DNA of 64,000 nt from Rhodothermales bacterium (GCA_038232935.1 JBBSMX010000004.1:2512-66511); one strand, 5' to 3'. Shown: positions 20,701 through 29,030, counted from the stretch's first letter. Notes: a model not told the origin generated them from the sequence alone. Made by a program: numbers and translations.

Positions 20701-21190
20701 ATTTTCTACGAAGGAAGTCGTCTTCGAAGTTGGCGACCGTGAGGGCCTTAAGGACGAGGCTGTGCTGAAGCAATACGACGACGCGAAGAAGGGAAGCAAG
20801 CTGGGTACCCGCATCAAGCAGACGGACAAGGTCGTTGATGTCTTTGGGAAAGACGAAGTCATGCTCAGCACGATGAAAGATGGGAGCGAATCCTACCTCA
20901 AGATCAAAAAGGGAGATGAGATCGAGATCAAGTGCGGGCAGGCCAGCATCGTGCTGAAGAAAAACGGTGACATCACGTTCAAAGGCACGAATATCAAACT
21001 TGACGCGATGCAGAACATCGACGCGAAGGGCATGGACGTGAAGGTGAGCGCACAGAAGGAAGTGAGCATCAAGGGCGAACTGGGAGTCAAGACCGAGGGC
21101 GGCATTACAAATGATGTGAAAGGGGTCATGGTAACGCTCGATGGGACGATGACGGTTGTCAAGGGAAGCCTTGTCAAGGTGGGTTCCTAA
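17759..21190 (+). CDS. vgrG: T6SS spike protein VgrG (TssI) with about 550-aa C-terminal extension
   Basis: N-terminal VgrG core (FTVLAFEGEEKVSQPFEYRLVL, RPIRLAQPYAGKDFGMHFPNRDNVEMVFACLDGDPNRPLGL). The long Lys/Ile/Asn-rich beta-helix-like tail ends ..EIEIKCGQASIVLKKNGDITFKG..VKVGS. GC content is markedly below the flanks. Confidence 0.9.
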   Translation: MPENRFSFEVQANDGDSTAKPARPPTVTSFTVLAFEGEEKVSQPFEYRLVLAYEKTTIDFEKVVNQNATLTMELVEVSAAPTTASNAASSTASTTTKSKKVVKGIVSSFRVTQQLDDGQLECEAVLVPKLWRLGMFYRSRVFQGLTVVEIVDKVLGQDLAPLTQDQLDAADLLGGVPDTNNVPALIKGTDYDFKFTDPVAFVYPKREFVMQYQETDLDFFQRLIEDIGIYYYFDGGKLIFNDSKSLHPDITGNKSVKYQKAMAPAKDRIYRFVSNERVVPKTVSVRDYDYEAFSQHASKNIDTNTTSAGNDYARVGTYTEHGRYAVADRGWVGLKTGKDGDGIPADPVTNAEDNRVSRLKRIALVRAEELEAQRERGDGLSNVSRLQAGHVFTLAGHFLTPVNGDYFITSVRHRYAKVATKVRETIKVKDKEHTVEHTEENLVYENEFTCLPAGIQYRPPRVTPIPRVPGIMTATVKNDDKMAYLDEEGRYRVQFPFDPAPEAGPYKGSEAKNPSRPIRLAQPYAGKDFGMHFPNRDNVEMVFACLDGDPNRPLGLSVVPTPWMHSPVPNTELKLISQNPVAGSAASAATQGGSAWDETTFDELKNVIRTAVGHQIVMDDGDPGSSVGITIQTGKSENAAGRDLHWSSKIEMGGYRHMSPVEQAFGIASHTIGWLKTGLSRDYPGLASGALGAVASAVNTNNYLDDTYGTTTPVGINIATNKNVDITGKDGVNITSPNLFGMFSSSLMGEDSITKRSQYYAEAISKFVVNTVWQDLVSNTAELADGLADNIKDYSKKGYPHPLGQALLNWRSNIIDQRISALFFTLLQRTGVNISSMGELKLTSLQSTAVAAGQGGLTLNSYGGIEQKADLDVKIEAAQGIRIAAGGERYKTDGILGVVGKRAKPFLPVLKAIQFVSSLGERLGRKKEYNEAEYPIELENEQGSIFIHTGGPDEDGKGNILIQTEGTGDIKAFANKEKIHGFSTKEVVFEVGDREGLKDEAVLKQYDDAKKGSKLGTRIKQTDKVVDVFGKDEVMLSTMKDGSESYLKIKKGDEIEIKCGQASIVLKKNGDITFKGTNIKLDAMQNIDAKGMDVKVSAQKEVSIKGELGVKTEGGITNDVKGVMVTLDGTMTVVKGSLVKVGS

Positions 21191-21222
21191 GCTAATAACC
21201 ACTCGATACGGAGAAATACGGT

Positions 21223-21552
21223 ATGCCGAAACCTGCTGCCCAGCTCGCTGACAACGCCGCCCACGGCCCGCCACTCCTCGGTGCAGGCCAGCCGACGGTG
21301 CTCATCGCCAACCGTCCCGCGTGGTGCGTCGGCGACAACCACACGTGCCCGATCCCGAACGCGCCGCCGCCGGTCGGGCCGGGGACGCCGCACGGGCCGG
21401 GCATCACCGCGCCGCCGGGGGCCATCACCGTCCTCATCAACAACAAGCCCGCCGCAGCCCTCGGCGATATGGTGATGGAGCCGGGGGCCGTCATGCCGCC
21501 GATGATCCCGAACCCGATCGTGATGGGCGCGCCGACCGTGCTCGTAGGCTGA
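21223..21552 (+). CDS. PAAR-domain spike-tip protein
   Basis: 109 aa, Gly/Pro-rich. GQPTVLIANRPAWCVGDNHTCP and ITVLINNKPAAALGDMV..GAPTVLVG are PAAR-like blocks. Sits between the two vgrG genes. Confidence 0.85.
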   Translation: MPKPAAQLADNAAHGPPLLGAGQPTVLIANRPAWCVGDNHTCPIPNAPPPVGPGTPHGPGITAPPGAITVLINNKPAAALGDMVMEPGAVMPPMIPNPIVMGAPTVLVG

Positions 21553-21691
21553 GATAATCCGTTCGCTCGGCCTACGGTTATGGCCTGCTTGAACAGGCCT
21601 CTGCCGTCTTCCTCGTAACATAGACACAGATCGCGCACACCGCCGGATTTCGACGTGCCGCGGGTTGCGTTTCAACCGATTCCGAACTGTC

Positions 21692-24229
21692 ATGGCTACG
21701 AGTGCTGCGAACGAATCTCGCTTCTTTTTTAGCAACCCTGATATCCCACAGGAAGAACTCGAGGTCGTCGACTTCGTCGGCCGCGAGGCGATCTCTCAAC
21801 TCTCTCGCTTCGAACTGAACCTGGTGTCGAAGAACCCATCGGTGCCGTTCTCCGACGTCGTTGATCGTCCCGCGATGCTCACGATGCAGGCGGGTACGGA
21901 CCGATCGTACGTCCATGGCGTCGTAGCGGACTTTCAGCAGGGGAGCCCGGTCGGCGACTATTTCAGCTACCGAGCTGTGCTCGTCCCGCGACTGTGGCGA
22001 CTGTCCCTCACCTACCAGAGCCGGGTCTTCCAGCACCTCAGCGTGCCCGAGATCGTGCGGCAGGTGTTGCAGGAGAGCGGCTATGCCTCGGACGACTTCC
22101 GTTTCGGGCTCACGGCCAGCTATCAGCCACGGGAGTACTGCACGCAGTATCAGGAGACCGACCTCGCCTTCCTCTCCCGCCTGCTCGAATACGAAGGCAT
22201 CCAGTTCTTCTTCGAACAGGAGGAGGAGCGGGAGGTCCTCGTGCTGACCGACAACCGGGGCGAGAACCCGCCGATCGGTAGCGAGAACGCGAAGGTGATC
22301 TACCGGCCCTCCAGCGGGATGGTGCCGGCCCACGAGGAAACGGTGCGCGAGTTCGTCTTTCGGGAGCAGGCCGTCACGGGGCGCGTCGTGCTAAAGGATT
22401 ACAACTACCGGACGCCGGATGCGGACATCCGGGCCGAATTCCAGATCAGCGATGAACTGTCGGGCGTCCACTACGAATACGGCTCAAACATCAAGGATGC
22501 CGGAGAGGCCGAGCGGCTTGCGCGCGTCCGCAACGAGGAGATCGAGTGCCGGCGGCGGTTGGCTACGGGCGAGGGGACCAGCATGTATCTCCGGGCCGGT
22601 CACCACTTCACCCTCGACAAGCACTACCGCCTCGACCTCAACCAGTCCTATCTCGTGACCGAGGTCACGCACTACGGATCGCAACGCGGCCTCGTGTCGA
22701 TGCAGGTCGGTGAGGATGCCGCGATGCCCTACCGCAACGTCTTCACATGCGTCCCTGTCTCCGTACAGTTCCGCCCGCTGCGCGTCACGCCCGAGCCGAA
22801 GCTGCCCGGCATCATGACGGCCAAGGTTGAGTCCGGTGGCGGAGACTACGCCTACCTCGACGACGAGGGGCGCTACCGCATCAAGATGCCCTTCGACCTC
22901 GCCGAGACCGAGCAGGCCGGAGCGTCGAAGCCTATCCGGCTCGCGCAGCCCTACGCCGGGGCCGACTACGGGATGCACTTCCCCGTCCACGCCGACGCCG
23001 AGATGGTCTTCGCCTGCGTGGACGGCAACGTGGACCGTCCCCTCGGCCTCTCGACCGTGCCCAATCCCGCGCAGGGATCGCCGGTGAAGGGCGAAAACCA
23101 CACCCGGAACGTGATCCGCACAGCCTCCAAAAACGAGATCTACATGGAGGATGAAGTGGGGAACGAGCGGATCAAGATCGAATCCCCCTACAAGAACAGC
23201 ATCTTACAACTCGGCTCGCCCAACGTCGCGGCCGACGGCGTGTGCCTCACGACCGACGGGGCAACTGCCGTCCACGGAAAGGAAGGCGTATTCATCTCGG
23301 CGTGGGGCAGCATCGACCCCTCGCAGAGCTTGGCAGCGTGGAAGGCCGGCCTCTCGGTTCTGGACGGGAGCATGGGGGTGGTCGCTGCGGCTCTGGGGCT
23401 CCGACCCTTGTCGCTGCTGTCGGCGACGAACTTCGCTGGTTCGTTTGCAAGCCTTGTGACGGGCGTTCTGGGGCAGGGTGCTTACATCACGGCCCCGCAC
23501 GGCGTCGGTCTCTATTCGAGCACGAGCGTTTCCGCCGTGGCAGGCGCGGGAGGGATCGGCCTGTACAGCGCTGCCGGCGCGGACATCTGCTCGGCAGCAG
23601 GAATTTATCTGGGGACCGTGGCAGGCGGCGTTCATATCGGGGCCGCGCAAGGCGGCGTGAAGGTCGCGGCCGGCATAGGCAACATCGAAATCGAAACCAA
23701 GACAGACGACATCGTCCTGACCACGAAGCTGGGCAACATCAAGCTGGACGCGTTCGACAAAATGAGTCTTGCTGCTGGAACGGGTAGGGTCCGGATCGAG
23801 AGTGAGTCTGACAAGCTGGAGTGCGAGGCCCGGAAGGATATCGAGATCAAGTCGAGAGAGGGTAACGTGCGAGTGGAAGCTGATCAGGCTGTAAACATCA
23901 AAAGCTCCCAGGAGCGAGTGGTGATCGAAGCGGAAAAGGAAATCGTTCTCAAATGTGGCGACACCACGCTTAAGATCAGCCCGGACGGGATCGACCTCGA
24001 TACGAAGAACTACGTCGAAGTGAAGTCGGGCGGAAGTGTGAACGCCTATGCGGGCGGAAGCCGGGGGCCGGCTCTGCTCATGGGCGCGAGCGGTTCCTTC
24101 AGCATCGCAAACAACATGGCTGCTTATTCCTTGGACACGAGCGGTAAAGCCGCGATCAGTGCAGTTCAAGTCGATATCAATGCGAAAGCCATGGCCCAAT
24201 TAAAGGCCGCGCTCACTAAGGTCGGCTAA
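21692..24229 (+). CDS. vgrG: Second T6SS spike protein VgrG (TssI)
   Basis: LEVVDFVGREAISQLSRFELNLVS and KPIRLAQPYAGADYGMHFPVHADAEMVFACVDGNVDRPLGL. The C-terminal beta-helix ends ..EIVLKCGDTTLKISPDGIDL..LTKVG. The ORF is open from a TTG at 21665; the ATG at 21692 is preferred. Confidence 0.9.
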   Translation: MATSAANESRFFFSNPDIPQEELEVVDFVGREAISQLSRFELNLVSKNPSVPFSDVVDRPAMLTMQAGTDRSYVHGVVADFQQGSPVGDYFSYRAVLVPRLWRLSLTYQSRVFQHLSVPEIVRQVLQESGYASDDFRFGLTASYQPREYCTQYQETDLAFLSRLLEYEGIQFFFEQEEEREVLVLTDNRGENPPIGSENAKVIYRPSSGMVPAHEETVREFVFREQAVTGRVVLKDYNYRTPDADIRAEFQISDELSGVHYEYGSNIKDAGEAERLARVRNEEIECRRRLATGEGTSMYLRAGHHFTLDKHYRLDLNQSYLVTEVTHYGSQRGLVSMQVGEDAAMPYRNVFTCVPVSVQFRPLRVTPEPKLPGIMTAKVESGGGDYAYLDDEGRYRIKMPFDLAETEQAGASKPIRLAQPYAGADYGMHFPVHADAEMVFACVDGNVDRPLGLSTVPNPAQGSPVKGENHTRNVIRTASKNEIYMEDEVGNERIKIESPYKNSILQLGSPNVAADGVCLTTDGATAVHGKEGVFISAWGSIDPSQSLAAWKAGLSVLDGSMGVVAAALGLRPLSLLSATNFAGSFASLVTGVLGQGAYITAPHGVGLYSSTSVSAVAGAGGIGLYSAAGADICSAAGIYLGTVAGGVHIGAAQGGVKVAAGIGNIEIETKTDDIVLTTKLGNIKLDAFDKMSLAAGTGRVRIESESDKLECEARKDIEIKSREGNVRVEADQAVNIKSSQERVVIEAEKEIVLKCGDTTLKISPDGIDLDTKNYVEVKSGGSVNAYAGGSRGPALLMGASGSFSIANNMAAYSLDTSGKAAISAVQVDINAKAMAQLKAALTKVG

Positions 24230-24234
24230 CAGCA

Positions 24235-26895
24235 ATGCCGCTTCGCGCCGATATCGCTACGGGGGAGACCACGCTCGACCGGACTGACCTCCGGTTGGAG
24301 GGGGCGCTCCCGCTCGTGCTGGCTCGGCAGTACCGCAGCGGGGCGCCGGCCGGCATCTTCGGCGTCGGCTGGAGGCACGGGCTGGACCGGACGCTCCGCG
24401 TCGAGGCCGACCGGGTGGTCTACCGCGACGGCTCGGGGCGGGAGACCATCTTTGCGCCCGTCGGGGTGGGGATGGAGGCACGACACCCCGAGGGGCTGAC
24501 GCTCCAGCGTCACGCCGACGTGTGGGTGGTGTTTGCCTCGCCGCTCGCGCAGGAGGTCTTCCGCAAGGGGACAGGCAGCGGGCCGCTGCCGCTCGAACGG
24601 ATCGTAGACCCGAACGGCAATCGGATGAAACTGGGGTACACGAGCGGGCGGCTCGCCGAGATCACCGGCTCGGGCGGGCAGCGCATCCGGTTCGTGTACG
24701 CCGGCGGGGTCGTAGGGCAGATCGTGATCACCGGCGCGGACGGACGGGCGAGCGCGGTGCGGACGTTCCGCTACGGGGCGGGCAACACGCTCGTGGCCGA
24801 GACCGACGCGGCGGGGCGAACGACGGAGTACGCATACCAGGACGGCCTGCTCGTCCGTGCCGGTTCGGCGGGCGCGGCGTGGCTCGCGCAGTACGACGGC
24901 GATCGCCGCTGCATCGCCCTCTGGCACTCCGACGCCACCGCTGCGACCCACCTCGCCTACGACGCGCTTCGGCAGACGACGCGCGCCGTAGGCCTCGACG
25001 GGCGGCAGGCGCTCTATCGCTACGCCCCCGGCGCGGCGGGCACCGTCGTGCTCGAACGGATCGACGCCGAGGGCGAGAGCCTCAACTACTACTACGACGA
25101 GGCGCAGCGGCTCATCGGCTACTCCGCGCCCGGCGGCACCGTCGTCACGTTCCAGCGGCTGGATCCGGCAAAGGGGGAGCGCTTTCAGGTCGATTACGAA
25201 AGCCGTTTTTCGAACGCCGTGCTCGGACCGGGCGGTCTCATCGAAACGATAAACGGTTCCTCCGGGGGCGCTTTCGCGTTCGGCTACGACGAGCGCTTCA
25301 GCCTCGTGCGTCTCACGACGCCGCTCGGAGCGACGTGGACGTTCGAGCGAGACGGGAAGGGACGCGCCTCGGCCCTCATGAGCCCCGCTGGTCGGCGCAT
25401 TGGTCTCCGTCGTGAGGGTGTGACGCTTTTCGTGGAGGATGCCGAGGGCCTCCGCCTCCGCCTCACGTTCGACCTCCTCGGGCGGATCGCCGCGCGCACG
25501 GACCGGCTCGGCCGCGAGCAGCGTTTCCGCTACGACGCCGAAGGGCGGCTCATCAGTGTGGCGGTCGGCGACGGATATAGCGTGACGTGGGACTACGACG
25601 GGGCTGGTCGGCTCGTGCGCCTCGTGGATTCCGAGCGTGCCGAGATCCGCCGATCGCACGACGCGGCAGGCCGCGTGCTTACCGCCGAGTCGGATCGTGG
25701 CGCGGTACGCTTCACGTACGATCTCGCCGGGCGAATCCACGGTGTCGAAGGAGCCGGAGGCAAGGTCGGATTCGCCTACGACGAGCAGGACCGTCTCCTC
25801 CGCGCTGAAGGCCCCGGCGGCACGACCGTCTTCACCTATGAGGGGAGCGAGACGACCGTGACGACCGGCGACCGGCGCGAGGTCTACAGCGCGCACGGCG
25901 AGCCGCTCGAAGAGCACGCGCCCGACGGTAGCGCCCGGCGCTTCCAGTACGGTGCGGCCGGCGAGCTGCTTACAGTCGAGCACGACGTGGGAGACGAGAC
26001 GACGACCCTGCTCTTCGACTACGACGACGACGGTCGCCTCGTCAGCGCCGAACGCAGCGGCGCGGCCGTCGCGCTCGGCTACGATCTCGACGGCTTGCTG
26101 ACGACGGTGGAGAACGACGACCGCACGCTCCGCCTCGACTACGACGCCCGACTCCGCCCCGCCACGCTCCACCTCGGTGAGGCGGCCTATCGCTTTGCCT
26201 TCGACGACGGCGACCGGTTGACCGCGTTGAGCGGAGAGGAAACGGGCTGCACGTTCCAGTACGACACGCTCGACCGATGCACGGCGTTTCGCACGGGCCA
26301 CGAGGCGGAGCAGCGGACGACAGTCGGCACCGTCGAGCGTGTGCCGCTGGCGGACGGGCTGTTCGTGCTCGTCGCGCCGCGCGGTGCCGCGCTCGTCGCG
26401 GAGACCGACACCCTCGCGCTCCCACTGTGGGGGCAGGAGGAAATGCGGCTGCCGGAGCTTTCCCTCGAGGCACGGATCGTCCGAGCGCTCGTCCGCGGAC
26501 CGGAGGCGGCGCTTGCGTCTCCGCCCGAAGGGCCGGGGCCGCCGGTCGAGCGGTGGCAGGGGCTTGTACAGGCGGAAGGGTTCGAGACCGGACTCCCCAG
26601 TGCGACGGCACTCGGCTTGCCCTGGCCTGCGCTCGATTTCTTCGCCCTCGCCCGTAACCGCTACGATCCGCACTTCACCCGGCGGCGCGCGGGTGCCTTC
26701 CCGCACCACCAGCCCGATGGCGCTCGCGCCCCCGACGCCGCGCCCACCGGCTCCCATCGGACGGGCGTGCTCCAACCACCCGTGTGGGCCGAGCGCGCGC
26801 ACGGTACCCACCTCACGGCCATCCTACTCGCCTCGCCCGGCGGGGTCCCCGACACCCTCGCGCTCCGGCTCTACCGGACGCTCACACGCCCCTGA
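24235..26895 (+). CDS. Rhs/YD-repeat protein (DUF6531-like N-terminus), short, no recognisable C-terminal toxin boundary
   Basis: 886 aa. N-terminus ..ATGETTLDRTDLRLEGALPLVLARQYRS..GVGWRHGLD... Many YD repeats (RFRYDAEGRLISV, WDYDGAGRLVRLVD, FTYDLAGRIHGV, FAYDEQDRLLRAEG, FDYDDDGRLVSAE). Starts 5 nt after vgrG2. Confidence 0.85.
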   Translation: MPLRADIATGETTLDRTDLRLEGALPLVLARQYRSGAPAGIFGVGWRHGLDRTLRVEADRVVYRDGSGRETIFAPVGVGMEARHPEGLTLQRHADVWVVFASPLAQEVFRKGTGSGPLPLERIVDPNGNRMKLGYTSGRLAEITGSGGQRIRFVYAGGVVGQIVITGADGRASAVRTFRYGAGNTLVAETDAAGRTTEYAYQDGLLVRAGSAGAAWLAQYDGDRRCIALWHSDATAATHLAYDALRQTTRAVGLDGRQALYRYAPGAAGTVVLERIDAEGESLNYYYDEAQRLIGYSAPGGTVVTFQRLDPAKGERFQVDYESRFSNAVLGPGGLIETINGSSGGAFAFGYDERFSLVRLTTPLGATWTFERDGKGRASALMSPAGRRIGLRREGVTLFVEDAEGLRLRLTFDLLGRIAARTDRLGREQRFRYDAEGRLISVAVGDGYSVTWDYDGAGRLVRLVDSERAEIRRSHDAAGRVLTAESDRGAVRFTYDLAGRIHGVEGAGGKVGFAYDEQDRLLRAEGPGGTTVFTYEGSETTVTTGDRREVYSAHGEPLEEHAPDGSARRFQYGAAGELLTVEHDVGDETTTLLFDYDDDGRLVSAERSGAAVALGYDLDGLLTTVENDDRTLRLDYDARLRPATLHLGEAAYRFAFDDGDRLTALSGEETGCTFQYDTLDRCTAFRTGHEAEQRTTVGTVERVPLADGLFVLVAPRGAALVAETDTLALPLWGQEEMRLPELSLEARIVRALVRGPEAALASPPEGPGPPVERWQGLVQAEGFETGLPSATALGLPWPALDFFALARNRYDPHFTRRRAGAFPHHQPDGARAPDAAPTGSHRTGVLQPPVWAERAHGTHLTAILLASPGGVPDTLALRLYRTLTRP

Positions 26896-26899
26896 CCCC

Positions 26900-27949
26900 G
26901 TGGAGTCGCCGCCACTCACCTTCGATCTCGACCGGCTCCGGCCCGGCGCGGACCTGCGCGAGGCGGACCTGCGCGCGGTCTCTCTCGCGTCGGCCGATCT
27001 CACCGGGGCGAATCTCGCGGGAATAGATCTCCGGGAGACCGAGATCGCCGGGGCGATCCTCGAAGGCATAGACTTCAAGGGGGCCGATCTCCAGGGCGCT
27101 CGGTTCACTGAATCGCTGATGAGCGGAGCGAATTTTACCGAGGCCAATCTGACGGGAGTGACGTTCGACGGGTGCCTGCTCGAAGGCGCGCTGTTTCGCA
27201 ACGCTCGGCTCGACGGAGCCACGTTGGCGTCCTGCGTGGCCGACCGCGCCGACTTTCGCGGGGCCTCCCTGCCGCGCTGCACGATCGAAGGGTCGGTTCT
27301 CGAAGAGGCGAGCCTGGCCGGGTGCGAGATGGCGGGAGCGGTCCTCAGCGGGAGTGTCTTTAATGCCGCCGATCTCACCGGGGCGAAGCTCGTCGGCGCG
27401 AACCTCGAACAGACCCTGTTGAGTGAGGCCAACCTCGCCGGGGCCGACTTCACCGACGCCGTGCTCTCCGGGGCCATCCTCGACAAAGCGAGCGCGCCCG
27501 GTGCCATCTTTCGCCGCGCGTTTCTCGTCGCCACCTTCGCCCCGCGTGCCGACCTTTCGGGGTGCGACTTCTCGGGGGCCAAGCTCTCCGTCGGCACGTT
27601 CACCCGGTCGACACTAGCGCGGGCGACCTTCCTCCACACCACGGCCGAGAGCGCGGTCTTCGAGTACGCAGACCTCCGCGGGGCGAAGCTGAGCCAGTCC
27701 TCATTCAACTTCTCCAACTTCGTCGGGGCCGAGTTCGCGGGGGCGCAGGCTGCCACGTGCAGTTTCTTCGGAGCGGATTTCTACTGGACCGTGCTCGATG
27801 CTTTCCAGCGGACGCAGTGCGATTTCGAATCGGCCCGGATGCCCGAGTCGGTCCAGCCTGCGTTCGGGCCGGGCGTCGCGCCGCCGCCGATCCGCCCCCT
27901 GCCGCTCTATCGCCAGCCCGCCTCCGCGCAACCCCGTCCGAGCCGATGA
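26900..27949 (+). CDS. Pentapeptide-repeat protein
   Basis: About 300 aa of A(D/N)LxG-type pentapeptides (ADLREADLRAVSLASADLTGANLAGIDLRETEIAGAILEGIDFKGADLQGARF...). A GTG start 4 nt after the Rhs stop is chosen. The longer ORF from 26339 overlaps Rhs and is rejected. Confidence 0.8.
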   Translation: MESPPLTFDLDRLRPGADLREADLRAVSLASADLTGANLAGIDLRETEIAGAILEGIDFKGADLQGARFTESLMSGANFTEANLTGVTFDGCLLEGALFRNARLDGATLASCVADRADFRGASLPRCTIEGSVLEEASLAGCEMAGAVLSGSVFNAADLTGAKLVGANLEQTLLSEANLAGADFTDAVLSGAILDKASAPGAIFRRAFLVATFAPRADLSGCDFSGAKLSVGTFTRSTLARATFLHTTAESAVFEYADLRGAKLSQSSFNFSNFVGAEFAGAQAATCSFFGADFYWTVLDAFQRTQCDFESARMPESVQPAFGPGVAPPPIRPLPLYRQPASAQPRPSR

Positions 27950-29013
27950 ACGTCACGAATGACACGCCGTTCGTCGACGGCCTCGCGATCGGAATGGGGC
28001 CGGACCGGAAGCCGTGCCTCGCCGTGCTGCTCAAAGCCACGTTCCGGATCCCCGACGGGGCCGATGGTGCGCCCGCGCCCGCTGCCGACGAGCAACTCCC
28101 CATCGCGGCCAGCGACGAGTTCTTCAAAGGCGACATCACCGGCAGCGTCCGACTCGAAAGCGACGTCGTCCCGTTCAAGCCCCGCGCCGACATCGTGCTC
28201 GTCGGGCGGGCGTATGCGCCAGGCGGCAAGCCGGTGCCGGCGCTCGACGTGGCGCTCCGCGTCGGGCGGGCGCAGCAGGCCATCCGCGTCTTCGGCGACC
28301 GGCGGTGGGTGTTCCCGACCCGGCTGGTGATGGTACCGACGATGTCCGATCCCGAGCCGTTCGCCGAGATGCCGCTCGTCTACGAGCGCGCCTTCGGTGG
28401 GTTCGATCACAAAGGGCGGGCGTGGTGCACGCAGAACCACATCGGCCGCGGGTTCATCGGGAAGAAGACACGCGAGTCCGTGGACGGCAAGGTGCTGCCC
28501 AACCTCGAAGACCCCCGCCGCCCGATCCGCTCGTGGGATGACCAGCCCGCGCCCGTCGGCTTCGGCTTCTACGGCCGAAGCTGGCAGCCCCGCGCGGCCT
28601 TCACCGGCCGGGCCACGCACGACCTCGACCCCGAGTTCGGCTTGCCCGCCGACTTCGACTTCGGGTTCAACAACGGGGCGCACCCCGCGCTGCAAGTCCC
28701 CAGCTACCTCGCGGGCAACGAGGAAGTCGAGCTGCGGCATCTCACGCCCGACGGCTACCGGCGCTTCCAGCTTCCCGGCCTCCGACCCGATATCGCCCTT
28801 CACGTCTACGAAGGAGCAAGCGGCGAGGCAGGATCTGACGCCCCCCCCGAACAGGCCGAGCGCCCGGTGCACCGCCACCCGCTCACGACTCACCTCGATA
28901 CCCTCGTGTTTCTTCCCGACGAAGGTGTATTCTATCAGGTGTGGCGTGGGACGTATACCCTTCCTGAGCTAAGCCTAGGCACGATTGCGGGCATCGACCT
29001 CCGCATCGCATAA
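27946..29013 (+). CDS. DUF2169-family T6SS adaptor/accessory protein
   Basis: MNVTNDTPFVDGLAIGMGPDRKPCLAVLLKATFRIPDG.. matches the typical DUF2169 N-terminus. ATGA overlap with the preceding gene. Confidence 0.8.
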   Translation: MNVTNDTPFVDGLAIGMGPDRKPCLAVLLKATFRIPDGADGAPAPAADEQLPIAASDEFFKGDITGSVRLESDVVPFKPRADIVLVGRAYAPGGKPVPALDVALRVGRAQQAIRVFGDRRWVFPTRLVMVPTMSDPEPFAEMPLVYERAFGGFDHKGRAWCTQNHIGRGFIGKKTRESVDGKVLPNLEDPRRPIRSWDDQPAPVGFGFYGRSWQPRAAFTGRATHDLDPEFGLPADFDFGFNNGAHPALQVPSYLAGNEEVELRHLTPDGYRRFQLPGLRPDIALHVYEGASGEAGSDAPPEQAERPVHRHPLTTHLDTLVFLPDEGVFYQVWRGTYTLPELSLGTIAGIDLRIA

Positions 29014-29030
29014 CCCTCACCTCGACTGCC

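Noticed and set aside
24227-24237. Possibility that vgrG2 and the Rhs gene are one gene split by a stop (evolved VgrG-Rhs fusion).
   Set aside because: The two ORFs are in different frames (frame 2 vs frame 1) and are separated by a TAA. Read-through would not join them. An ordinary operon junction is the simpler reading.
26339-26899. 5' extension of the pentapeptide-repeat ORF (536-aa version starting at 26339).
   Set aside because: It overlaps the Rhs coding frame for 560 nt and translates to Arg/Ser/Pro-rich junk. The repeat domain begins right after a GTG at 26900, 4 nt past the Rhs stop.
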